Shown here piece after piece: positions 52,989-60,098 of a stretch of DNA of 64,000 nt. The DNA comes from an uncultured Halobacteria archaeon (GTDB lineage Bacteria; Pseudomonadota; Gammaproteobacteria; UBA9214), in the NCBI GenBank assembly GCA_963768575.1, contig CAVYIJ010000001.1:273214-337213 (forward strand). The letters are read 5' to 3'. How positions within the stretch are numbered: the stretch's first letter is position 1; every line of letters begins with the position of its first letter. A program made the translations under genes and the position numbers. The notes below the pieces were generated by a model. The model did not search any database and was not told where the DNA came from. It saw nothing but the letters and a program-made list of their open reading frames with translations.

Positions 52989-54527
52989 TTAACCGGAGCT
53001 TGATTGCGACCGCGCATCATCCCGCTTGTCGCGCTCTGGCTTGACGACGGCGAGCGGCACTGCGGGTTGCTCTTGCGGGGTCAATTCTCCTGATGGGTCC
53101 GTAAAATTATTGTTCAGGATTTGCACATACTGATTGGCCTCGGCAATGACCTTGTGCAGGCGCTTGCGTGTACGTGCATTCCAGCCGAGTGGCAGGCGCC
53201 TGAATATGCTGATCCATGGCCGGGAATTGCGCATGAAGGCATTGCGCAGGCGACCGCGTTCAAGTCCCGGCGCAATCTGGTTGTCGATCTGCCGCAGCAT
53301 GCGGCCCGTCATCAGGCGCCGAATCCTGAAATGGACAAATGCCAGCAGGCAAAGAGCCGCAACGAATGCAATGGCAGTCCAGGCAATATTGTTGGTCGAA
53401 CCCTGCCACCAGGCTGGACTGCTCCAGTGCCAACCTTCCCGCATACCCAGCCAGCCCGCAGCGAACACGGCAATAATCGTAAAAACTCCCAACATGGCCG
53501 CGTCCGCCCAGAGTACACTGCGACGCCATTGCGCACGGTACCCGGTCAGCCTCGGGACCAGTTTTTCTTCGATGTGATAGGCCAGTTTTTCAAGCGTCCC
53601 GGTAATCCGGTAGGCGCGTTCCACGTCGACACCCTGTATACGATCGTGAATCGCGGAAAGATCATGATCACGCTTGGCTTCATAGCGGGAACGTAACGCT
53701 TCGTTCTCGATCGCGACGGCGACTTCCGGATTGTAGATACAATAAAACTTGCCGGCTGATAAACCTTCCTGCGCAAGCGCCCGCTGCCACGCGCCTACCA
53801 CTTCCTCCGGATTGTCATCCCTGGCAGTGGTATCCATCTGGTTCAGGACAAATACAAACTTTGTAGCGTCCGAACGGTGTATCGTGTCGCCAACGAGGTG
53901 TTTCAGGGTGTCACGCATGGCCCCCGGCTCCGGATGACGCGCATCGAAGAAAACCAGCACCAGGTCTGACAGGTCGATTATATGATCGGTCAGTCGCAAG
54001 GTGGCGTTGCGCTGCGAATCCGCGTCGAAACCAGGTGAATCGATGATGATACGACCGCGGAGTTTCTCGCTCGTGCTGGTTTTTAGTTGCAGGTATGAGT
54101 CGACACGACGGCCTTCTCCATTGGCTACTTTCTCAAGCTCATTGCTGATCTGGTAGAAAGGAAAGCGGGGATCGGCGTCGAGTGCCGTCCCGGGCAGTGC
54201 ATGCGCATGATGCTCGCTGCCGAAACAGATGACGGTGAATTTGTCGTCGACAGCCTGATTTCCGGTTTCTTGCAGTTTCTCGCCGAGGAAATGATTGATG
54301 AAGGTGGACTTGCCCGCAGAATAGGTCCCCAGCACCGATATCATCGGCCACCAGGATATCTGGGTCGCAAACGACTGTTCAGCATCCAGCAGTCCGAGTG
54401 AACGCCCGATTTCGTCCAGGTGGCGATAGCTTTGCACTACCGAAACCAGCACCGGACTTTCTTTCCTCAGGTGCGTCTCGAGGCTCTTGAGACGTTGCCG
54501 GATCGTTTTTCCTGCCCTGGACATCAT
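52989..54527 (-). CDS. Dynamin-family GTPase with two C-terminal TM helices (bacterial dynamin-like protein)
   Basis: 512 aa with G1 GTYSAGKSTFIN, G3 DSPGF and G4 NQMD, in dynamin-like order and spacing. Two hydrophobic helices near residues 360-420. Confidence 0.7.
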   Translation of the reverse strand: MMSRAGKTIRQRLKSLETHLRKESPVLVSVVQSYRHLDEIGRSLGLLDAEQSFATQISWWPMISVLGTYSAGKSTFINHFLGEKLQETGNQAVDDKFTVICFGSEHHAHALPGTALDADPRFPFYQISNELEKVANGEGRRVDSYLQLKTSTSEKLRGRIIIDSPGFDADSQRNATLRLTDHIIDLSDLVLVFFDARHPEPGAMRDTLKHLVGDTIHRSDATKFVFVLNQMDTTARDDNPEEVVGAWQRALAQEGLSAGKFYCIYNPEVAVAIENEALRSRYEAKRDHDLSAIHDRIQGVDVERAYRITGTLEKLAYHIEEKLVPRLTGYRAQWRRSVLWADAAMLGVFTIIAVFAAGWLGMREGWHWSSPAWWQGSTNNIAWTAIAFVAALCLLAFVHFRIRRLMTGRMLRQIDNQIAPGLERGRLRNAFMRNSRPWISIFRRLPLGWNARTRKRLHKVIAEANQYVQILNNNFTDPSGELTPQEQPAVPLAVVKPERDKRDDARSQSSSG

Positions 54528-54743
54528 GGTATTTCCCTGCCGGTTATCAAGACGCCCGAATTGTGTGCAAACGCGATCCGTGCAAGCGGAAAGTCAGCAT
54601 GTCACTCATCATCCAGTACGGGCCGGTCACATCCTGCACGATGTTGTTCGTGTCACTCTTGTCATTCCGTATCAGACGCATCGGTAGAGTCATGCGCCGG
54701 GCCCGGACTATAAACGTGGCCTTTTTCATTACTGGCTCAATAC

Positions 54744-55352
54744 CTAGAACGCACCTTCCGCGCCGCGTTTCATTATATCCAGTATCACGTCCTTCACCTC
54801 GTTTGCCTCGTCAAACAAATCCTGCGGCAATTTTTTACCACCATGAATCATCATGTCCATGTTGAGAGTGTAGATCCATAATTTTCCGCTCTTGTCCTCG
54901 ATCAACGATAACCTGCATGGCAGGTAGGCCGAGTAGGCATCCGAGTAGGCAACCATTTTTGCAGCTGTCAGTGGATTGCAGAACATGTAGATTTTAAGAA
55001 ATCTTTGAGGTTCACCGGTCATCGCCTCGACCTGTTCTGATAACGGTAGTTCACCGACATTCTTGATATTGTGTTCGTTGGCAACAAAACGCATTGTCTC
55101 TTCAACTTCTTCGGCGCTCAAACCATCAGCGACCGGGGTTTTCCAGACAGTCGCTTCTGCCCCGTTGCCGGTCGATATGAGCCCCTTGACCATATCGGCA
55201 TAAACCGTGGGTGCATCTTCGTCAAAGGACGACAGGTTGCCGAGGTCCTTGAAATTCTGCATTCCGAAGTCATAAGCGAAAACGATCCATATCAGCCCGG
55301 CTACAACCGCGAGCCCGACAAGCGCGAACAAATTCCAGAACAATTTGAACAT
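54744..55352 (-). CDS. Membrane-anchored DUF302-domain protein
   Basis: 202 aa with an N-terminal TM anchor (FKLFWNLFALVGLAVVAGLIWIVFA) and a C-terminal region with a DUF302-like motif (KIYMFCNPLTAAKMV...YLPCRLSLIEDKSGKLWIYTLN). Confidence 0.55.
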   Translation of the reverse strand: MFKLFWNLFALVGLAVVAGLIWIVFAYDFGMQNFKDLGNLSSFDEDAPTVYADMVKGLISTGNGAEATVWKTPVADGLSAEEVEETMRFVANEHNIKNVGELPLSEQVEAMTGEPQRFLKIYMFCNPLTAAKMVAYSDAYSAYLPCRLSLIEDKSGKLWIYTLNMDMMIHGGKKLPQDLFDEANEVKDVILDIMKRGAEGAF

Positions 55353-55378
55353 TTTTGACTCCTTTTCGGACTATGCGG

Positions 55379-56493
55379 TTACGGGTTTTCCGGGGACGTT
55401 TCCGTGATGTACTGTTCGAGCTCCTCGGAACGGGGACTTTGCAGCCCCCTGAGGACATCAACCAGCTGCCGCGCCTGATCGACGAGGCCCTCATCGGCAA
55501 GCCGCTTGCCTGCTTCAAAATACGACGCGGAAGCGAGCGTCCACTTGCCTTGCGAGAAATACATGTTGCCGAGCTCCCCGTAACCATCCGGATTATCCGG
55601 ATCAGAAGCTATCAGGGCCTGATAATTTTTCTCGGCATTTATATAGTCCCGCAACCAGTATGCCTCGCGTGCTGCGGCGAGCAACTGGTAAGGAGTTCCA
55701 GCCGGCTTGTCGGTGGCTGCTTTTGCCGGCCGCTTGATCACAGACGCATCCACATCGGGCGCGGGCTGCGTGGCGGCTGGCGCGGTACTTTCCGGGCGGG
55801 GCACTTCTGCCGTCATCGTGGTCCCCTCAAGTGCCGGTACAGCACTACTGCCAGCTGCTGCTGTCGCTTGCGCAACACTGGCAGCGGTGCTGCTTGCCGG
55901 TTTCGACCGGCTTCCGGCAACTGCGGGGAGATCCGGCGACCCGGCCATTTCGTTTTCACGGGTTTTAGTCACGGCAGCCGGATCCTCATCCGCGGAAACC
56001 TTGTCGACCGTCGTAATTGGTGGTGTAACTTTCACCGCATCGCCAATTTGTCGGGCAACCGGTTCAGGTATGCTGTCTGCAGCATCGGTATCTTCTGCAA
56101 CAGCCGCTTTATCATTCGTCGCCGGGGCCGTCGGTTCTGTAGCTGCCGTACTTGCCGCTGGCTGCACACTGGTTTTATCGTCCGCATCCGGTGCGGCGCC
56201 AGGCTGTGGCTCACCTGCGTCGACCGGCCGATTTCTGCAACCGGCGCCTCCCCTGCATCCATTTCCTGCGCCTGCATGGAGGACTGGACAGGCTGTTCGC
56301 CACTTGCCGCATCACTTGCCGTATCACTATCACTGTCTGTACTGCTTTCAAACACCAGGAATTCGGGCAGTTCCAGGTCAGGAAACAGATCGCCCCGATA
56401 GATCAAGCCAAGAGCCAGTATCGCAACCACGACCAGTGCAAAGCCATGACTTAGAATTCGTGCAAAAAGATTCATAACAAATACTCCTGCCAA
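55379..56493 (-). CDS. TM-anchored protein with acidic Ser/Asp-rich and Ala/Pro/Thr-rich disordered regions and C-terminal TPR repeats; apparent 1-nt frameshift near 56225-56235
   Basis: The N-terminal piece 56032..56493 (TM helix then ESSTDSDSDTASDAAS...) and the C-terminal piece 55379..56167 (low-complexity then TPR: AYWLRDYINAEKNYQALIASDPDNPDGYGELGNMYFSQGKW) are in frames offset by 1. The C-terminal frame stays open upstream to 56312 and reads plausible low-complexity sequence. Confidence 0.6.
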
Positions 56494-56495
56494 TA

Positions 56496-57158
56496 TTAGT
56501 TCTGATTACCGGCAACATGCGGGTAAAGCGTGGCCGCAAATTCCCCGAATTCTTCAGCCGCCTTGCCACTCGGCCACATCTCGAAAACTGCCAGGCCTTC
56601 GCTGAGCGAGCGCCTGAAACCGGTCCTCATACGTAACCGCTGCGACATCACAACATCGATGCCTTTCAGCATTTTCAAGGCCTCTTCAGTTTCTTTCGTT
56701 TCGCGAATTGATTTGTTGGTATCCGCGCGGTTTACAAATGCGATCGTGCGTTGCTTGCCATTGAGTTTAACAGCTTCCGTATCGGGACCTATGATATGCA
56801 GGAATCGCTGGGTTGCCCAGACATCTGCCTGGCTCGGTGGTACCGGCACCAGGACCCGGTCGGCGGATGTCAGGGCCTCTTTCATAGCGGCCATATTTGC
56901 CGCCCCGACATCGACCAGTACCTCGCAGTCAGTATGAGACAGCAGCTGGTCCCTGAGAACCGCACGAACGGAATGTATCTTCAGCTGCGGATTGTTACCG
57001 ATTTCCTTTCGCAACATGGCCAGGTCACTGAACGTGCACTGCGGATCAAGATCATACCCGACTACCCTGCAACCGTGTTTTTCAAGCCAGATCGCAAGAT
57101 TGAACGCGATTGTGCTCTTGCCGGAGCCGCCCTTCAGGTTTGCAATTACCGTAATCAT
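56496..57158 (-). CDS. Orphan ParA/MinD-family ATPase (deviant Walker A KGGSGKST)
   Basis: 220-aa ORF MITVIANLKGGSGKSTIAFNLAIWLEKHGCRVVGYDLDPQ... No parB-like partner or parS visible. Stop abuts the start of the TPR protein gene. Confidence 0.85.
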   Translation of the reverse strand: MITVIANLKGGSGKSTIAFNLAIWLEKHGCRVVGYDLDPQCTFSDLAMLRKEIGNNPQLKIHSVRAVLRDQLLSHTDCEVLVDVGAANMAAMKEALTSADRVLVPVPPSQADVWATQRFLHIIGPDTEAVKLNGKQRTIAFVNRADTNKSIRETKETEEALKMLKGIDVVMSQRLRMRTGFRRSLSEGLAVFEMWPSGKAAEEFGEFAATLYPHVAGNQN

Positions 57159-57246
57159 ATTACATCGCTCTGACTATCAAGGCTCTGATTCAATGATCGC
57201 ATGTACCAGAATTATTGTGGAACACCTGCCCGGGTGACTGGCCGGA

Positions 57247-57292
57247 AAAGTAAAAATGAGCCAGAACACATCTCTGTGCCTGGCTCATTGGT
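57247..57292 (-). terminator. Rho-independent terminator downstream of the Gly/Tyr-rich protein gene
   Basis: 10-bp stem AATGAGCCAG/CTGGCTCATT (57256-57290), followed on the minus strand by TTTTACTTTT. Confidence 0.55.
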
Positions 57293-57304
57293 AGGCAAAC
57301 CGGG

Positions 57305-57730
57305 TTACTGTGCGGCTGCCGGTGCTGCCGGTGCAACCGGTGCTGCCGGTGCATACCCGTAAGGTGCGCCGCCATAACCGGGATAGCCGCCATAGCCGCC
57401 ATAGCCGCCAGGATAGCCGCCATAGCCGCCAGGATAGCCGCCATAGCCGTACGGGCCGCCGTAGCCGCCGCCATAGTAGTCGCCATAACCACGACCATAG
57501 CCACGACCATAACCCCGGCCACGACCGCTGCCGCTACCGCTCATGTTGAAGCCGAAATCGCCGTCCATGAAGCCGTCGCCCCAGCCGTCGCCAATGCCAC
57601 TTCCATAGCCATCGTTGTAGCCACGGTTGCCCCAGGGGCCCCAGTTACCCCAAGCCTGGGCCGCAGAAAACGGCACTGCCATGAGTGTGGCCACAGCAGC
57701 GGCACAAAGTGATTTTTTGATAATACTCAT
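57305..57730 (-). CDS. Secreted glycine/tyrosine-rich low-complexity protein (sulfur-globule-protein-like)
   Basis: Signal peptide MSIIKKSLCAAAVATLMAVPFSAAQA. The rest of the 141-aa ORF is almost entirely GY/GW/GR repeats (AWGNWGPWGNRGYNDGYGSG...GRGYGRGYGRGYG...GGYPGGYGGYPGGYGGYGGYPGYGGAPYGY), encoded by 21-bp DNA repeats. Confidence 0.75.
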   Translation of the reverse strand: MSIIKKSLCAAAVATLMAVPFSAAQAWGNWGPWGNRGYNDGYGSGIGDGWGDGFMDGDFGFNMSGSGSGRGRGYGRGYGRGYGDYYGGGYGGPYGYGGYPGGYGGYPGGYGGYGGYPGYGGAPYGYAPAAPVAPAAPAAAQ

Positions 57731-57865
57731 TTCGATATCTCCTTATTGTTTAAGCAGAACTACAAATAGTTCCGCACATACTCCCCGAAACCTATTCCAA
57801 CCAACAATAACAGGGAGTGATTATTGTCGACCTAACAACCTGGCTAACAGGTCATTAAATTCATT

Positions 57866-58468
57866 TCACCAGCCAGGACCCGGAAAAATGCCAGGGACAC
57901 CCCAGCCAGGAGTGCCGTAACCGGGAGCATACCCCTGGTTAGCGTACCATTCCGGCTGTAACTGCCAGACTGGCTGCGACGGTTGCCGGCGTGACGGCCG
58001 ATTGCCGTTATCCATGGCTCCCCAGGGCCTGCGCGTCACTGGTTTCCCGGCCTTGCCCGGCTCTGCAGCGGCGTATTCCGGCGCCTGCTGAACTTGCCAG
58101 GGCGAGTACATCTGGCTCGGGGAGCTGGCTGGTTTACTTTCAATTTCTCGCTTGAAGGTTCCCGGTGTTTGAGTAGCGGCACTCCATGGACGACCCTGCT
58201 CTTCGGTCCGCTGCTGATTGAAGTTGTATAAATAATCTGGAGGAATTCCCGGCCTGCCGAAACCTGAAGTTTGCCCTGACTGTTTTGGCGTTGGATACCA
58301 CTCCTTGACCGTGACGGGTTTGGACACTGCGGGTATCCCGGTATTGACAGACGAATCCGCACCGGTCTCGTCTTTTGCACAAGCGCCGGCAGTCACCAAC
58401 ACAGTGACCAACAATAGTTTGAGGAACAATGAAATATCAACATGTACTGCATACGGCCTCATGATCAA
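57866..58468 (-). CDS. Secreted (possibly lipo-) Pro/Gly/Trp/Tyr-rich low-complexity protein
   Basis: 200-aa ORF. Hydrophobic N-terminus ending ..LVTAGACAKDE, a possible lipobox. Pro/Gln/Trp-rich body with a C-terminal YAPGYGTPGWGVPGIFPGPGW. Confidence 0.6.
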   Translation of the reverse strand: MIMRPYAVHVDISLFLKLLLVTVLVTAGACAKDETGADSSVNTGIPAVSKPVTVKEWYPTPKQSGQTSGFGRPGIPPDYLYNFNQQRTEEQGRPWSAATQTPGTFKREIESKPASSPSQMYSPWQVQQAPEYAAAEPGKAGKPVTRRPWGAMDNGNRPSRRQPSQPVWQLQPEWYANQGYAPGYGTPGWGVPGIFPGPGW

Positions 58469-58497
58469 CTTGATGCCTGCATTTCCTCCCTGACGAA

Positions 58498-60051
58498 TCA
58501 GGGCGCCGGATACGCGCCACGGCCATAAGGTGATTGCTCCTCGTAGGCGGGTGACGGTACTTCTTCTTCCGGTCTGTTTGCGGGGCCGCGATAATATCCA
58601 AACGGCGGCATGTTCATGTAGCCCGGCGTCCCGGGTTGCCTTGACTGCCAGGCAGGCCCCGGGTAATTAAACCCGGCGGCCGGTGGCATCATTCGATCGT
58701 ACTGACCGGGCACCGGTGGCTGCATCGCAGGCGGTGGTGCGGGCCGGCGATCGTCCGTACCGGCGGCCGGGGGCATCATGCGATCGTACTGACCGGGCGC
58801 CGGTGGTTGCATGGCAGTCGGTGGCGCGGGCCGGCGATCGTCCGTACCGGCGGCCGGGGGCATCATGCGATCGTACTGACCGGGCGCCGGTGGCTGCATG
58901 GCAGGCGGTGGTTCAGGCCGGCGATCGTCTGCTATGCCGGCTGCGGGGGGCATCATGCGATCGTACTGACCGGGCGCCGGTGGCTGCATCGCAGGCGGTG
59001 GTTCAGGCCGGCGATCGTCTGCTATGCCGGCTGCGGGGGGCATCATGCGATCGTACTGGCCGGGCACCGGTGGCTGCATGGCAGGCGGTGGTTCAGGCCG
59101 GCGATCGTCTGCTATGCCGGCTGCGGGGGGCATCATGCGATCGTACTGACCGGGCGCCGGTGGTTGCATGGCAGGCGGTGGTTCAGGCCGGCGATCGTCT
59201 GTTATGCCAGCTGCGGGGGGCATCATGCGATCGTACTGACCGGGCACCGGTGGCTGCATGGCAGTCGGTGGCGCGGGCCGGCGATCGTCTGTACCGGCGG
59301 CCGGGGGCATCATTTTGTCAAAGTGCCCCGGACCAGCGGGCGGCTGCCCGGTAGCCGTGATTGCAGGTGGCGAGACAGTGCCGGTTACTGTCTGTTCGCC
59401 GGCTGACATTTGGTCGATCATAGGTTTGGCGCTGTCCGGTTGCGATGCTTCTACCGTGGTAACGGCTGATAATGGCTGTTCCTTTACGGCCGCGTCAGCC
59501 GGCAGCCCGCTTTCCACACCCGCCACCGGCGAGGCAGGTATTTCGTCTGCGGCGAGGTCTTTCGCCTGCTGCTGCCCATCTTCAGTGCCGGACAGCCGTG
59601 CTTCATCCGCCATGGAATCCACAGCAATGTCAGACTTCGCGCCCGCCACCGGCGGTGCAGACAAATTGTCTGCGGCGAGGTCTTCTCCCTCTTGCGGCAC
59701 ATCTTCAGCGCCGGACAGCCGCGTTTCATCCGCCCTGGTATCCACAGCAATGTCAGCCTCTGCGTCCGCTACCGACGGTGTGTCATGCACTTGTTCAGTG
59801 GCGTCGGGATCCTGCTGTGTTTCCGCATCAACAACGTTGGTAATCGGTGGTGTAACCCCCTGTCCCGGCACACGCGGATCGATATGCACAGGCTGGTAGG
59901 GGCCGGACGGTGGCGGCGCAGACACTACGGACCATTCTTTTGAATAGGAATAACCCGGCCCTGATTCAGCAACAAGACTGCATGGCAGCGCCGCAGTCAT
60001 CACTACCAGCAAGAAATTACCAATTGACATTATTGGAGACTGAATGGTCAT
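58498..60051 (-). CDS. Secreted acidic protein with ~8 tandem 30-aa Pro/Met-rich repeats (PGQYDRMMPPAAGIADDRRPEPPPAMQPPA)
   Basis: 517-aa ORF: a signal peptide (MSIGNFLLVVMTAALPCSLVAES), an acidic Asp/Ala/Glu-rich region, then near-identical 30-aa repeats encoded by 90-bp DNA repeats at ~58680-59340, and a Tyr/Gly/Pro-rich C-terminus. Confidence 0.75.
   Translation of the reverse strand: MTIQSPIMSIGNFLLVVMTAALPCSLVAESGPGYSYSKEWSVVSAPPPSGPYQPVHIDPRVPGQGVTPPITNVVDAETQQDPDATEQVHDTPSVADAEADIAVDTRADETRLSGAEDVPQEGEDLAADNLSAPPVAGAKSDIAVDSMADEARLSGTEDGQQQAKDLAADEIPASPVAGVESGLPADAAVKEQPLSAVTTVEASQPDSAKPMIDQMSAGEQTVTGTVSPPAITATGQPPAGPGHFDKMMPPAAGTDDRRPAPPTAMQPPVPGQYDRMMPPAAGITDDRRPEPPPAMQPPAPGQYDRMMPPAAGIADDRRPEPPPAMQPPVPGQYDRMMPPAAGIADDRRPEPPPAMQPPAPGQYDRMMPPAAGIADDRRPEPPPAMQPPAPGQYDRMMPPAAGTDDRRPAPPTAMQPPAPGQYDRMMPPAAGTDDRRPAPPPAMQPPVPGQYDRMMPPAAGFNYPGPAWQSRQPGTPGYMNMPPFGYYRGPANRPEEEVPSPAYEEQSPYGRGAYPAP
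58680..59340. repeat. Tandem 90-bp coding repeats (about 7 copies)
   Basis: CATCATGCGATCGTACTG recurs at 58771, 58861, 58951, 59041, 59131 and 59221 (period 90), with degenerate flanking copies at ~58686 and ~59306. Confidence 0.85.
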
Positions 60052-60098
60052 AGTTTATTCTTCCCGAATATGTTGTGCCTGGAGACAGGCCACTGCAG

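Noticed and set aside
52700-52990. Imperfect inverted repeat GCAACGGCAAC...GTTGCCGCAACGGC between relA and the dynamin-like gene, considered as a regulatory element or small RNA
   Set aside because: The arms are imperfect and there is no flanking T-run or promoter-like motif. Not enough evidence to call a feature.
58680-59340. Regular 90-bp, 45-bp (34110-34250) and 42-bp (60290-60720) tandem repeats considered as possible CRISPR arrays
   Set aside because: The units are directly abutting, with no unique spacers. They are in frame within ORFs that have signal peptides or TM cores, and they encode peptide repeats. No cas genes are present. They are coding tandem repeats, not CRISPR.
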